From the sequence record DRR723986_3166: 48,330 bases of DNA. One strand, written 5' to 3'. The notes below the pieces were generated by a model. It saw nothing but the letters and a program-made list of their open reading frames with translations, did not search any database and was not told where the DNA came from. Position 1 is the stretch's first letter. Each line of letters opens with the position of its first letter. The position numbers and the translations under genes were made by a program. Positions 10,149 through 19,607 of the stretch are shown here, in pieces.

Positions 10149-10281
10149 GGGGGGGCTCTTTCGAAATGTAACTCAGAGCCGCTCCGATGTTTCTTCGACC
10201 GGTGTTGCAGCCGAACCATTTTTCAGAGTTAAACCTGTCCATTTTGTGACTATTATTGTTTGGAAAGTATAGGTCTCTTAT

Positions 10282-11985
10282 ATGGCGCGAACCATTAAGG
10301 AAATGGAAGATTCGCTAACCAGCGCATCTGATCCACAAGACAAACGGAATTATTTTATCCTGGCCAGTTATTATACACAAATTGATGTAGCCAGATCAAG
10401 CGAGCTGGTAAACGCAGGATTAAAAGTATTGGCCGCTGCTTCCGGTAATGACCTGCCGAAAGAATTTTGCAGTGCCCACATCGCCGGTCTTCACCGTATC
10501 CGAATGTATAACTTGCAATCGCTAGGTAAATTTGCTGCCGCCAACCGTGCCGGTCGGCAGTCTCAGTCTTTATTTGGCAAAATGCATGATATTGCCTACC
10601 GTGCGGTAATTGAGGGACTGCTTCATCTCACTGAATGCCGCTTAAATTTGTATGATCAAGCTGTTAAAACTTTGCAGTCATCTATCAAAACCTTGCAGAG
10701 CCTGACAACAAAGCAGATGTGTGCAAGTATCCTCATGACAAGTCCAGGTATTGCGAAATACGAAGAACCACAGTTTGCTATCTGGCATCTTCTTGGCGAA
10801 CAGCATATGCAGCTTGGTATTGTTTTTACGAAAATGTACCGCTGTGATTCTGCGGTGTACAATTTTCTACTAGCGGACAATTACTTTAGGAAGATTCCGC
10901 CTGAGCATACGGTGGAAGAACGCCTAATGAATAATAATGCGCTTATCAAAGTATGTCTGTTCACCAAACAATATTCTCGGGCATCCAAATTAAACGAAGA
11001 AAGCTACCAAATCAGTCGAGAACAAAACCATCCGACGTATCTCCTGTTCGCGAAACTGCATAAGTGTACCCTCAGTGTAGAACTAGGACAGTTTACAAAT
11101 ACGACATCACTATTAAATTCCGCAATAGCTGATGCCAGATCCCTCGGGCAAATCGACTTCGTGATTGTATTACTGCTGGCTTTTGTTAAAATGTTTAGCA
11201 AACAAACTCTGTATGCAGATGCAGCTAAACATTTAGCAGAAGCTGAACAGCTTCTGGGAGACAAACCACGACTTCGCTACCGTACGGATATTGCGCTGTA
11301 CAGGTCCCGGTTGGAGTTAGTTGAGGGCCGCCTGGAAAGTTCGCTCACTTTTGCCAATGTATCAATGAAATATGCAATACGCACCGGTGATGCCCGCCGC
11401 GAATGTCATGTGCATGAACAATTGTCAATCGTTCTGGAAAAACTTGGAAGAGCGGATGAAGCCCTGGAGCACTATAAACAGTTCCATTCCATTGAGCAGG
11501 CAATGTTTGCCAATGCAAACCAACAAGTCATTGATAGTCTGTTTGACAAGGCAGGGAAAGATAATGTTGCATCAATTCGAGAAAAGCATGTCTTGACAGG
11601 AACCGATACATCCCTGGCAATTGACAAGGTGCAAGTTGAACAGCGGGGCAAATTTAGAGCTGAAGCCGACAGTGAGTTGCGGGCAAAGATTGCCAGGTTG
11701 AGTACTGCTCCGCCCCAGGATACTGATGCTCGTTGGAAAATATTTAACGCCGAGTTTCTAAAAACGAATCCAGAATTCTATCGTCGCCTGGCCAACATCT
11801 GTGCATCACTCACGCCGACTGAATTGCGCGTGTCTGCCCTGTCTAGTGTTCTGGTTCATACAGAAGAAGTGGCAAACATAATGGGCGTCTCCACAACATC
11901 AATCCACAAATACCGCTGGCGAATTCGACGCAAGCTCAACTTGACACGCGAAGTAAATCTGACCTACTTTTTGTCGGGTCTGTAG
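10282..11985 (+). CDS. TPR-repeat transcriptional regulator with C-terminal LuxR-type HTH
   Basis: Helical TPR-like repeats; C-terminal LTPTELRVSAL...EEVANIMGVSTTSIHKYRWRIRRKLNL; no signal peptide or transmembrane helix. Confidence 0.88.
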   Translation: MARTIKEMEDSLTSASDPQDKRNYFILASYYTQIDVARSSELVNAGLKVLAAASGNDLPKEFCSAHIAGLHRIRMYNLQSLGKFAAANRAGRQSQSLFGKMHDIAYRAVIEGLLHLTECRLNLYDQAVKTLQSSIKTLQSLTTKQMCASILMTSPGIAKYEEPQFAIWHLLGEQHMQLGIVFTKMYRCDSAVYNFLLADNYFRKIPPEHTVEERLMNNNALIKVCLFTKQYSRASKLNEESYQISREQNHPTYLLFAKLHKCTLSVELGQFTNTTSLLNSAIADARSLGQIDFVIVLLLAFVKMFSKQTLYADAAKHLAEAEQLLGDKPRLRYRTDIALYRSRLELVEGRLESSLTFANVSMKYAIRTGDARRECHVHEQLSIVLEKLGRADEALEHYKQFHSIEQAMFANANQQVIDSLFDKAGKDNVASIREKHVLTGTDTSLAIDKVQVEQRGKFRAEADSELRAKIARLSTAPPQDTDARWKIFNAEFLKTNPEFYRRLANICASLTPTELRVSALSSVLVHTEEVANIMGVSTTSIHKYRWRIRRKLNLTREVNLTYFLSGL

Positions 11986-12143
11986 CTCCTGGGCCTTTTG
12001 GCTTCAAGCTCGATGAAAAATTGACTACAGTGGAATTCAACTACGACAGAGATAGAATGCGTGCAGACGTGTTAATTGACTAAGGCTTATTGCATTGATA
12101 GAATATTCAAACCCAATACAATGATTACAGGTGATTGCCGGCC

Positions 12144-13850
12144 ATGATGCTTTCATTACAGGACTACGAAGAAGCACTACGTACATCGACAGATCCACAG
12201 CGAAAGCGCTACTATTTTTTGCTGGCGCGCGAATACGCACACATCGATACGCACAAGTCGATGTCGTTTGCCGATGCGGGGTTACGTGAATTGAAGGCAT
12301 CTTCCGGCAAGGATTTGCCAAAAGAATACTGTTTGGCGTTTACCGCCGGTCTGCATCGTATTCGTATGTACAATCACCAGTCACTGGGTAACTCTACCGC
12401 CGCCAAACGCGCTGGAGAACAATCGATAGCATTATTTGGCAAATTGAAAGACCTACCTCTGCGCGCATATATTGAGGGTGAGATTCAGTATGCTGAGCGC
12501 CGCCTCAATCTGTATGATCAGGCTATTCAGACGCTACTGGCAGATATTAATATGTTGGAGAGTTTAACTCCACAGCAAATGCGCAACAGTCTTTTGTACG
12601 AAATGCCACCAGATTCTACACGCAAGGAAAATCCAGATTTTGCAAAACAACACCGTTTAGGTGAACTACATATGCAACTGGGCTCGGTCTATGCCGACGT
12701 CTATAGCACTGACGCCTCAGTCCAAAACTTGCTTGTAGCCGAAAAATATTTCAGCCAAATACCACTTGAAGATATCGCTATCCAATGGCTCATGAATAAA
12801 AATGAGCTGATTAAGGTCTGCAGTATCTCCGGTCACTATAAAAAAGCCACCGATTTAATTCAGGAATGCCATCAAACCAGCTCCGAGCTTAACATTCCAA
12901 TTTTCAATTTATATGCTGACTTGCAGCAGTGTTTTCTCCTGACTCGGCAAAAAGAGTATGCACTCGCAAAACCGCTATTAACAAAGACCCTCACAAAAAC
13001 CGTATCTAATGGAATGTCGGATCTTAGCCTTGCCTTGCACTTTAGGCTGGCACAGGTCTATTTGGAAGAGGACAACTTAGAACAAGCCGTAGCGGAGCTG
13101 CAAAACGTCAACCAAATTTTGGGTAATCAAACGTATATCGGTGCGCGTGCGGATCTGGCACTTATGGAGTCGCGTTGTGCACAGAAGCAGGGGCGCATGG
13201 AAGAGGCTCTTAGTCTTGCGCGCAGGTCACTCGACTTTGCATTTCGTGATGGCTCCTTGCGCCGTGAGAGCATGGCTAACAAACATTTGGCCCACATGCT
13301 TGAAACAGTTGGGCCGGCCGCCGAGGCAATTAAACATTTAAAACTACATCACGTACAAGAGTTGGCTTTACACCGCCATACTGACAAACAGATTATCGAC
13401 AAGCTTCTTGAACAAGCCGGAGCTGGTGGGATCGGCGCTCTTCAGAAAAATGGAGCTTCGCTGCAAACGCCGGCAAAGGAAACTTTTAGTGCAGATGACA
13501 TTGAACTCCGTGGAAAAATGCTATTGCAAAGCCAGGATGAATTGCGCAAGAAGATTCAACTTCTTGGCAGTGCCGGCGCCAAGGATAGTGACGCTCGCTG
13601 GCAACTGTTTAATAATGAGTTTCTGAGCAATAAGCCCGAGTTTTATCGCCGCCTTACTAATATCTGCCCATCTCTGACGCCTACCGAACTGCGCGTCTGT
13701 GCCGTTACCAGTTTCCTCTCAAGGACTGATGACATTGCCGATATCATTGGAGTCTCCTCCAGTTCCATATTGAAGTATCGCTGGAGAATTCGGCGCAAAT
13801 TGCAACTTGCAAAAAACGTTAACCTCACCTACTATTTGGCTGGAGTCTGA
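12144..13850 (+). CDS. TPR-repeat LuxR-type regulator, paralog of 10282-11985
   Basis: Shares DLPKE-C...AGLHRIRMYN-QSLG and LTPTELRV...KYRWRIRRKL with the upstream gene; ATG 12144 follows an AGGTGA SD-like site. Confidence 0.88.
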   Translation: MMLSLQDYEEALRTSTDPQRKRYYFLLAREYAHIDTHKSMSFADAGLRELKASSGKDLPKEYCLAFTAGLHRIRMYNHQSLGNSTAAKRAGEQSIALFGKLKDLPLRAYIEGEIQYAERRLNLYDQAIQTLLADINMLESLTPQQMRNSLLYEMPPDSTRKENPDFAKQHRLGELHMQLGSVYADVYSTDASVQNLLVAEKYFSQIPLEDIAIQWLMNKNELIKVCSISGHYKKATDLIQECHQTSSELNIPIFNLYADLQQCFLLTRQKEYALAKPLLTKTLTKTVSNGMSDLSLALHFRLAQVYLEEDNLEQAVAELQNVNQILGNQTYIGARADLALMESRCAQKQGRMEEALSLARRSLDFAFRDGSLRRESMANKHLAHMLETVGPAAEAIKHLKLHHVQELALHRHTDKQIIDKLLEQAGAGGIGALQKNGASLQTPAKETFSADDIELRGKMLLQSQDELRKKIQLLGSAGAKDSDARWQLFNNEFLSNKPEFYRRLTNICPSLTPTELRVCAVTSFLSRTDDIADIIGVSSSSILKYRWRIRRKLQLAKNVNLTYYLAGV

Positions 13851-14111
13851 ATCGGCGCCATCTGGCATCCGACTTTTTGACTAGCAAAAAGAAAAAGCAA
13901 GCACAAGCATCGCGCAGGGCGTGGCGGTGTATTTAGATCGCTCAAAAGACTTCCGTGAGTTTAAGAATTGTTAAGAACTGAATTCGCATCAGATCTGCAC
14001 CAAGGCCTGGGCATTGATGAAATTCTCAGAACAATATAAGGTCCGGCTAATGTATTAACCGCTAAAGAACTTTTGTGCAATTGAACCGGGCTCTGTGAAG
14101 TTTTCTGGCCA

Positions 14112-14160
14112 TTGTCCAAACTTTGTCCATTGCCTTAAACTGCAGCGTTCACTACCTTGC
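14112..14160 (+). promoter_or_regulatory. Tandem TTGTCCA repeats (11-bp period) followed by a -7-like element
   Basis: TTGTCCA at 14112 and 14123; TACCTTGC at 14153; lies between the regulator pair and the fibre/protease operon. Confidence 0.5.
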
Positions 14161-14426
14161 ACCCAGCGATTAACCCGGATACACAATCCCAGAAGCCAGA
14201 TTGCGGCCGGTCTTAATACCATTAGTGCGCTACAGTCGTTTCATCTACAGCCAAGATGAATTAACAATTTTACTGATATCCATGTAATAAAGACACTTTC
14301 AGCGGGACTGGAAGTGGGCAGGCCACGCTACGCCGTTAATTGCTCAACAGGTTTCTGAAGTATACTGTGCTTCGGAGCAAAATCTATTTGTCTTTTCGAT
14401 ATTAAAAGTGTGAAAAAGGATATACT

Positions 14427-15713
14427 ATGCAAACGAGATCCCTAAACCTCGTACTGGTTTTTATTGCCCTGTCTATGTTAAGTGTGCCAAAAGATGTATC
14501 GGCTCAGATAATTTACGTGCCTGATCTGAACAATTTTGTGCAGGATGTAACCGGTAGCAGCCCAGTTAACATCGGTGTCGGAACAAGTACACCTGCCTAT
14601 GAATTTGATGTTAACGGAACTGTTAACGCCGCTGCCTTTCGCCATAATGGCCAAAGTGTTGCATTCTGGAAGCCATACTCAAATCATGCGTACTATCCCA
14701 ACGGTAATGTTGGAATTGGTCAGGCATATTTAGGCCAGACCTTCCCAGAAGCAAAACTCCATATTCAAGCCGGGTGTACGGACGTCGGATTTAGGCTGGA
14801 AAGTCTATGCGATCTAACTCAAAATCCAATACAAATCAAAAAATTGCTTGAAATAGTTTCAAGTGACGGGCAAGGTAATACAGTTAACTCAATGGTTGTC
14901 GATCGTTCCGGGCGCGTAGGATTTGGCACGACTACACCACAGGGTGACTTGGATGTGAACGGCGACATCCGCTTTAACGGAACGGCACCACAGTCTGGTG
15001 ATATTCTTGCCGTCGATGCCAGTGGAAATGCAGTCTGGCATTCTCCCAGTAATATTCCTGTACTCGCCTGTCTACCTGCGCCCGTATCGAATATGCCTGG
15101 GCAATACTCACAGATTTGTCACAGTGATGCTGTTGAAGTTGGTGCAAATAATGGGAGCAAAATTTACATGGGTGGTTTAAGCGCGGAGTCTCCAATTGCC
15201 TGGAATGCCTATCCCGGTGCTTCCGGTGCTACCAGCCTGCGCTACGCGTCGTCCTCGGAGAAAGCTGCCAAGATTACATATCAGTCTTGGGCCGGCAAGA
15301 TGAAATTCGTGGTTTCTGATCCAACCCAGACAGTGAATTATGGCAGCCAGGTCAACTGGAATGATGCCATGGTGATTCACAACAATGGCTTGGTCGGAAT
15401 CGGCACAAACACCGCTGATCCAAACTACAAGTTAATGGTTAACGGTTCGGTTCGTGCCAAGGAAATTGTAGTTGAGACAGGTTGGGCAGACTTTGTATTT
15501 GACGATGACTATGAGTTGCGTCCACTCGCCGAAGTTGAGCAGTTTATTCAGGAAAATAAGCACCTGCCTGATATCCCCGCAGGTGAAGTCGTAGAGTCCA
15601 AAGGTCTTAATGTCGGTGAAATGAATGCACGTCTGATGCAGAAAATCGAAGAGTTAACACTCTATACTATCGAACAGCAGAAACGGATTGAGGCCCTTGA
15701 ACAGCAGCGCTGA
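14427..15713 (+). CDS. Secreted fibre-like protein with GNVGIGT-type repeats and a C-terminal Bacteroidota tail-fibre/S74-chaperone-like domain
   Basis: Signal peptide VSA|Q; repeats NIGVGTSTP..FDVNG, GNVGIG, GRVGFGTTTP..LDVNG, GLVGIGT..LMVNG; C-terminus WADFVFDDDYELRPLAEVEQFIQENKHLPDIP...LMQKIEELTLY; no T9SS CTD. Confidence 0.8.
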   Translation: MQTRSLNLVLVFIALSMLSVPKDVSAQIIYVPDLNNFVQDVTGSSPVNIGVGTSTPAYEFDVNGTVNAAAFRHNGQSVAFWKPYSNHAYYPNGNVGIGQAYLGQTFPEAKLHIQAGCTDVGFRLESLCDLTQNPIQIKKLLEIVSSDGQGNTVNSMVVDRSGRVGFGTTTPQGDLDVNGDIRFNGTAPQSGDILAVDASGNAVWHSPSNIPVLACLPAPVSNMPGQYSQICHSDAVEVGANNGSKIYMGGLSAESPIAWNAYPGASGATSLRYASSSEKAAKITYQSWAGKMKFVVSDPTQTVNYGSQVNWNDAMVIHNNGLVGIGTNTADPNYKLMVNGSVRAKEIVVETGWADFVFDDDYELRPLAEVEQFIQENKHLPDIPAGEVVESKGLNVGEMNARLMQKIEELTLYTIEQQKRIEALEQQR

Positions 15714-15792
15714 TCCAAAATCAATGAGAAAATACTTTGATCCAAACTGGACACAAAAATTTACGACATTACAATACCTGCATAGGACAAAT

Positions 15793-18228
15793 ATGAAAAG
15801 CTGCATAATATTGGTGACTGTCTGTCTGCTTTTGGGAGCTACCCCAGGGCTGGCACAGATTAGCGCCGGTGGCATTCCTCTGGGCATGAATGATGAAAGT
15901 GTCATGGGTTTGCTTAACCAGGGCGTGCAAACATTTACACTGCCTGCTCTAGATAACGAAGTCGAACGAATTTCTGCTGATGCTGTAAAACAAGCTGAGT
16001 GCGGAGACTGTAAAAAGGAATATTATGGAAAAGGCATTGAGCTGAATATTGACATCATCCAGGAAGGGACATTTGAGTTGCGGGAGGACAACAGCCGCGT
16101 TTGGTTGACGCGGATACAGTCTCCAACTGCTTATGCCCTACAGTTCCATTTCAAGGAGTTCAGTATTCCTCACGGTGCAAGCCTTTATATTTACAATGAA
16201 GACCAGAGCATGATTCTCGGTGCTTACACTTCAGACAACAACCCAGAAGAGACCGTAGAGGAAATGAAGTTTGGCGTTGAATATATCCAGGGTAACAGCA
16301 TAATTTTGGAATATCACGAGCCCGACTGGGTGACTTTTGCCGGAACGATAAAAATCGGTCGTGTTGTACACGTTTTCCGCGATATGTTTGCATTGACCGC
16401 ACCTGATTACGGAACAGGCGGACCCTGTCAGGTAAACGTGGCCTGCACAACACATACTGCCGGATGGGAAGATGAAATCAGTTCTGTTGCTCTGATACAG
16501 CTTTATTCAAAAGAGAATGATTTGGCGGGATTATGCAGTGGAGTTCTGGTTAACAATACTGAAAGATCCGGAGAACCATTATTTTTGACAGCCAGTCACT
16601 GTGCCGATGCACCTGCTTCTGGTCCTGCCCAAGACAATTATGCCATCTGGGTATTTAAGTTTGGGCATCAAACTAACGCCTGTGAGCCACCTTCCGGCTA
16701 TGTCTACGATTATTACGGATTTTCCGTTTCGGGAGCCAAACTTGTAGCCAGGCAGCATCCTAATGGTCCACAGTCAGACTATCTCCTGTTAAAACTATCT
16801 ACCAAGTTAGAAGAAATTGAGGAAAATGGTATTTGTTATGCCGGGTGGGTCTGGTCCAGTCAGCAAAATGGTGTTGTCAATCAAGCTTTTGGTATCCATC
16901 ATCCCCGTGGGGATGTCAAGAAGTTTTGCAGGACGGACCAGCAAACCGCTTCAACGGAATACGGTGGGTCGACCCCAAACATCGCTTATGATCACATAAA
17001 GGTGCTTGATTGGGATCTTGGTGCCGTAGAGCCCGGATCGTCTGGATCGCCACTCTTCAACAGTTCTCAACAGATCATCGGGCAATTGCACGGGGGAGCA
17101 GGCTTGTGCAATGGTGCTGATGGGACAAATGGGGAGGCCGTTTGGTATGGAAAAATGTGGTCGGCCTTTCAGGATCAAGACTTTGCTGATGCTCTTCATC
17201 GATCAATATCGAGCGTTCCGTGGGTGGAGACCTGGTGTCCTAAACCTCCGCCGGATCTTACAAGTGGGGCGTGTCCCGCCAGCTTAAACGACGGCATGGC
17301 TATAAATGGGAATACAGCTTTTGGTACCGTGCCATGTATTAACACTCATGTCATTAGTTTAAGTCCAGTCGGTCCATGTGAATCTCCGCAGTGGAAGTGG
17401 CAAGTGAACAAAAAAAAGTTTCGCTGTAACAATATTCCAAGTGAGTTTTCGATGGTGTCACTATGCCCGCCCCAAGATCTAATCCATTTTTTCTGTGAAT
17501 GTGAATATCACAGTTATGAAATTCAGGTTGTTGAAACCGATGCCAATCAGAATGTGATAGGAACAGTTTACAGTACCTGGATTAATGCTCCAGTTGGGTT
17601 TATTGATGAGGAAGTAGTAATCAACAATACTACCTGGGCTAAACTTGGAATGACAATGCACCCCGGCTCTTACTACAGAATTCAGCTGAAAAGTAACTTC
17701 CAGCAGAACCTTTCAACCAGACGCCACTACCGCTTCATGCCAAATAATATTCTGGAAACGGGAACTATCGGAACTGATTTGGCTGCGCAGCAATCGATTA
17801 CAATGGTCAACGCAACTGTGACACAACCAATCGAAGTTGTTGCCGGCTCGTCAATCCGGATTCTGCAGACGTCAGGCTTGCAGGCAGGCCACTATAGAAT
17901 AGCTTCGGCACCATTCTGTGACTTCCAAAAGCGCGGTTTACCAAGTGAGGAAGTAGTACGCGACGTTCCAGAAACCATAGCTCCAGGCCTAAATCCAAAT
18001 GTGATTGTGTATCCCAACCCAACCTCAGGACGATTTTCATTAGATGTGTCTGAGTTCGCCGGAGCGGTTGATGTGGAAGTTGTTAACAGTTTAGGCCAAA
18101 CAGTGTTTCGATACACCGACGTAAGGCCAACACTTGCGATCGATCTTTCCGGCGAGGCCGAGGGCGTTTATTTCCTTCGGATAAGCAGTGGGGCAACGAT
18201 CGTTAGCCGCAAGGTAGTTAAACAATAG
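15793..18228 (+). CDS. Lysyl-endopeptidase-like trypsin-fold serine protease with T9SS CTD
   Basis: Triad motifs LTASHC, SDYLLLKL, EPGSSGSPLF; GIHHPRGDVKK; CTD IVYPNPTSG...GVYFLRI...RKVVKQ; start 15793 (AGGA SD, signal peptide GLA|Q) preferred over 15688. Confidence 0.92.
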   Translation: MKSCIILVTVCLLLGATPGLAQISAGGIPLGMNDESVMGLLNQGVQTFTLPALDNEVERISADAVKQAECGDCKKEYYGKGIELNIDIIQEGTFELREDNSRVWLTRIQSPTAYALQFHFKEFSIPHGASLYIYNEDQSMILGAYTSDNNPEETVEEMKFGVEYIQGNSIILEYHEPDWVTFAGTIKIGRVVHVFRDMFALTAPDYGTGGPCQVNVACTTHTAGWEDEISSVALIQLYSKENDLAGLCSGVLVNNTERSGEPLFLTASHCADAPASGPAQDNYAIWVFKFGHQTNACEPPSGYVYDYYGFSVSGAKLVARQHPNGPQSDYLLLKLSTKLEEIEENGICYAGWVWSSQQNGVVNQAFGIHHPRGDVKKFCRTDQQTASTEYGGSTPNIAYDHIKVLDWDLGAVEPGSSGSPLFNSSQQIIGQLHGGAGLCNGADGTNGEAVWYGKMWSAFQDQDFADALHRSISSVPWVETWCPKPPPDLTSGACPASLNDGMAINGNTAFGTVPCINTHVISLSPVGPCESPQWKWQVNKKKFRCNNIPSEFSMVSLCPPQDLIHFFCECEYHSYEIQVVETDANQNVIGTVYSTWINAPVGFIDEEVVINNTTWAKLGMTMHPGSYYRIQLKSNFQQNLSTRRHYRFMPNNILETGTIGTDLAAQQSITMVNATVTQPIEVVAGSSIRILQTSGLQAGHYRIASAPFCDFQKRGLPSEEVVRDVPETIAPGLNPNVIVYPNPTSGRFSLDVSEFAGAVDVEVVNSLGQTVFRYTDVRPTLAIDLSGEAEGVYFLRISSGATIVSRKVVKQ

Positions 18229-18279
18229 AAGGACGCAATAAGTCAAAGGGTTTGCCATACTGGTTAACTATCAAATATG

Positions 18280-18318
18280 GAAGCCGCCCTTTGTAAAAAG
18301 GGTGGCTTCTACTTTTTG
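18280..18318 (+). terminator. Rho-independent terminator after the protease
   Basis: GAAGCCGCCCTT...AAGGGTGGCTTC hairpin followed by TACTTTTT. Confidence 0.8.
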
Positions 18319-19123
18319 AGCCGAATAATACACTTGACCACTTTGAGCCGCGCCGTTGCACTTGCGTCTCAGGTTCTTTTGAGTTTCTTGTTAGTCACCG
18401 ACCTGGAAGTGAGTACCCAAAACGGTAGAGTCCTAAGCCGTGTACTACAGGAATTTTGTCTTAGTCTTCACTTAAACTCGTACGGCCGCACCTTCACCCT
18501 CATAGAGTCTGCCCTTGCTGCCCTGAAGATTGGTCCTGATTATCAGGTGCCAACAGGCAAGAACTCTCCGAGACCTTAGGCCGGCCGTACAGGAATGTGA
18601 CTCGAATACCGAAGCAACTACCTGTTAAACATCGTAGTGCTTATGTTGCTTCCGCAACGAGAAGTTTGTCTCCTCCTTCGCAAGAAAACTGATATATGAT
18701 AACATCGGCATTTGCGGGCATCCCACCTTTTGGTGCAAGGGTAAATTCGTAGCGGTCAAATAGTAACAAGCGACTCTGGATGCAAAGAGTGGTTCGGTGC
18801 TTGAGGGAAAGCTTACTACTCTGCACGTCATACTGTAATTTTGACTGCTGAAAAGCGACGTCGTTAAACTTCCGTCGTGCCGATGTTTGAATTCAAGTGT
18901 AAATATGATTCTATTATTATACCAGTGCAAGGAACATAATGTGAACGTGTAGCTTGGATGCGTGAACGTGTAAATTGACTTCCTTGTTGGCTGGTACTAC
19001 GCTGAAAGGACACCTGATGCCGGCCTGCAGGTGAGTCTGTGTGTTGCAGGTGCAGCAAATTGTGCCGTAAATGTATCAAGCGGAATGCCTGCCGCACCGT
19101 CAGAATAATTTATGAAAAATGTC

Positions 19124-19152
19124 TTGACACGAATGTTAAACAATTGTACATT
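19124..19152 (+). promoter_or_regulatory. Sigma70-type promoter upstream of A1/B1/A2/B2
   Basis: TTGACA-17 bp-TACATT with an AT-rich tract upstream. Confidence 0.65.
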
Positions 19153-19607
19153 GTCGCCACCTGTTAAACATCAATGGGCCTGGCCCAAAACAACGAATGC
19201 TGTGGATACCACCAGTTGAGTCAGCCTGACCAGACTCTAACCTGGTACTACCAGACCTTGTGATGGTCACTGCGCTCCGTCACATTCACTCGTAATAAAG
19301 TTCACGAAAACCGCTCCAGGATTGGCGCTGGGGCTGGTCGTGGCTTCGTGTTAACAAATATCACAATCGTAGACTTCACTGCGGCCATATTGTATGCGCT
19401 GTGGGAAGTAGTTCGTTTGCACATTTATGCAGAATGGCATCAATTTATTTTGGCAGCACTGATTTGCAGCAGTAGCTGTAGGCATTGTTCGTGCCTTGGC
19501 ATTTTTGCGCGGTCCTGACCTGCTTGCAAACGCGAATCGAATTTACTGAATTATCAATCCAAAATCTGCTGTGAATAAACATCTGGCAGTGCAGGGAGAT
19601 TAAACCT

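Noticed and set aside
13851-14426. Signalling-peptide gene for an RRNPP-like system next to the TPR regulators
   Set aside because: No small ORF with an SD and signal peptide found; the HTH is C-terminal LuxR-type, unlike RRNPP regulators
14427-15713. Prophage tail fibre
   Set aside because: Has a Sec signal peptide and there are no other phage genes nearby
15688-15792. ORF-track start of the protease
   Set aside because: Overlaps the upstream gene; ATG 15793 has an SD and gives a normal signal peptide
18277-19097. Short ORFs in the gap after the protease
   Set aside because: One runs through the terminator, and none has a convincing SD or a recognisable motif
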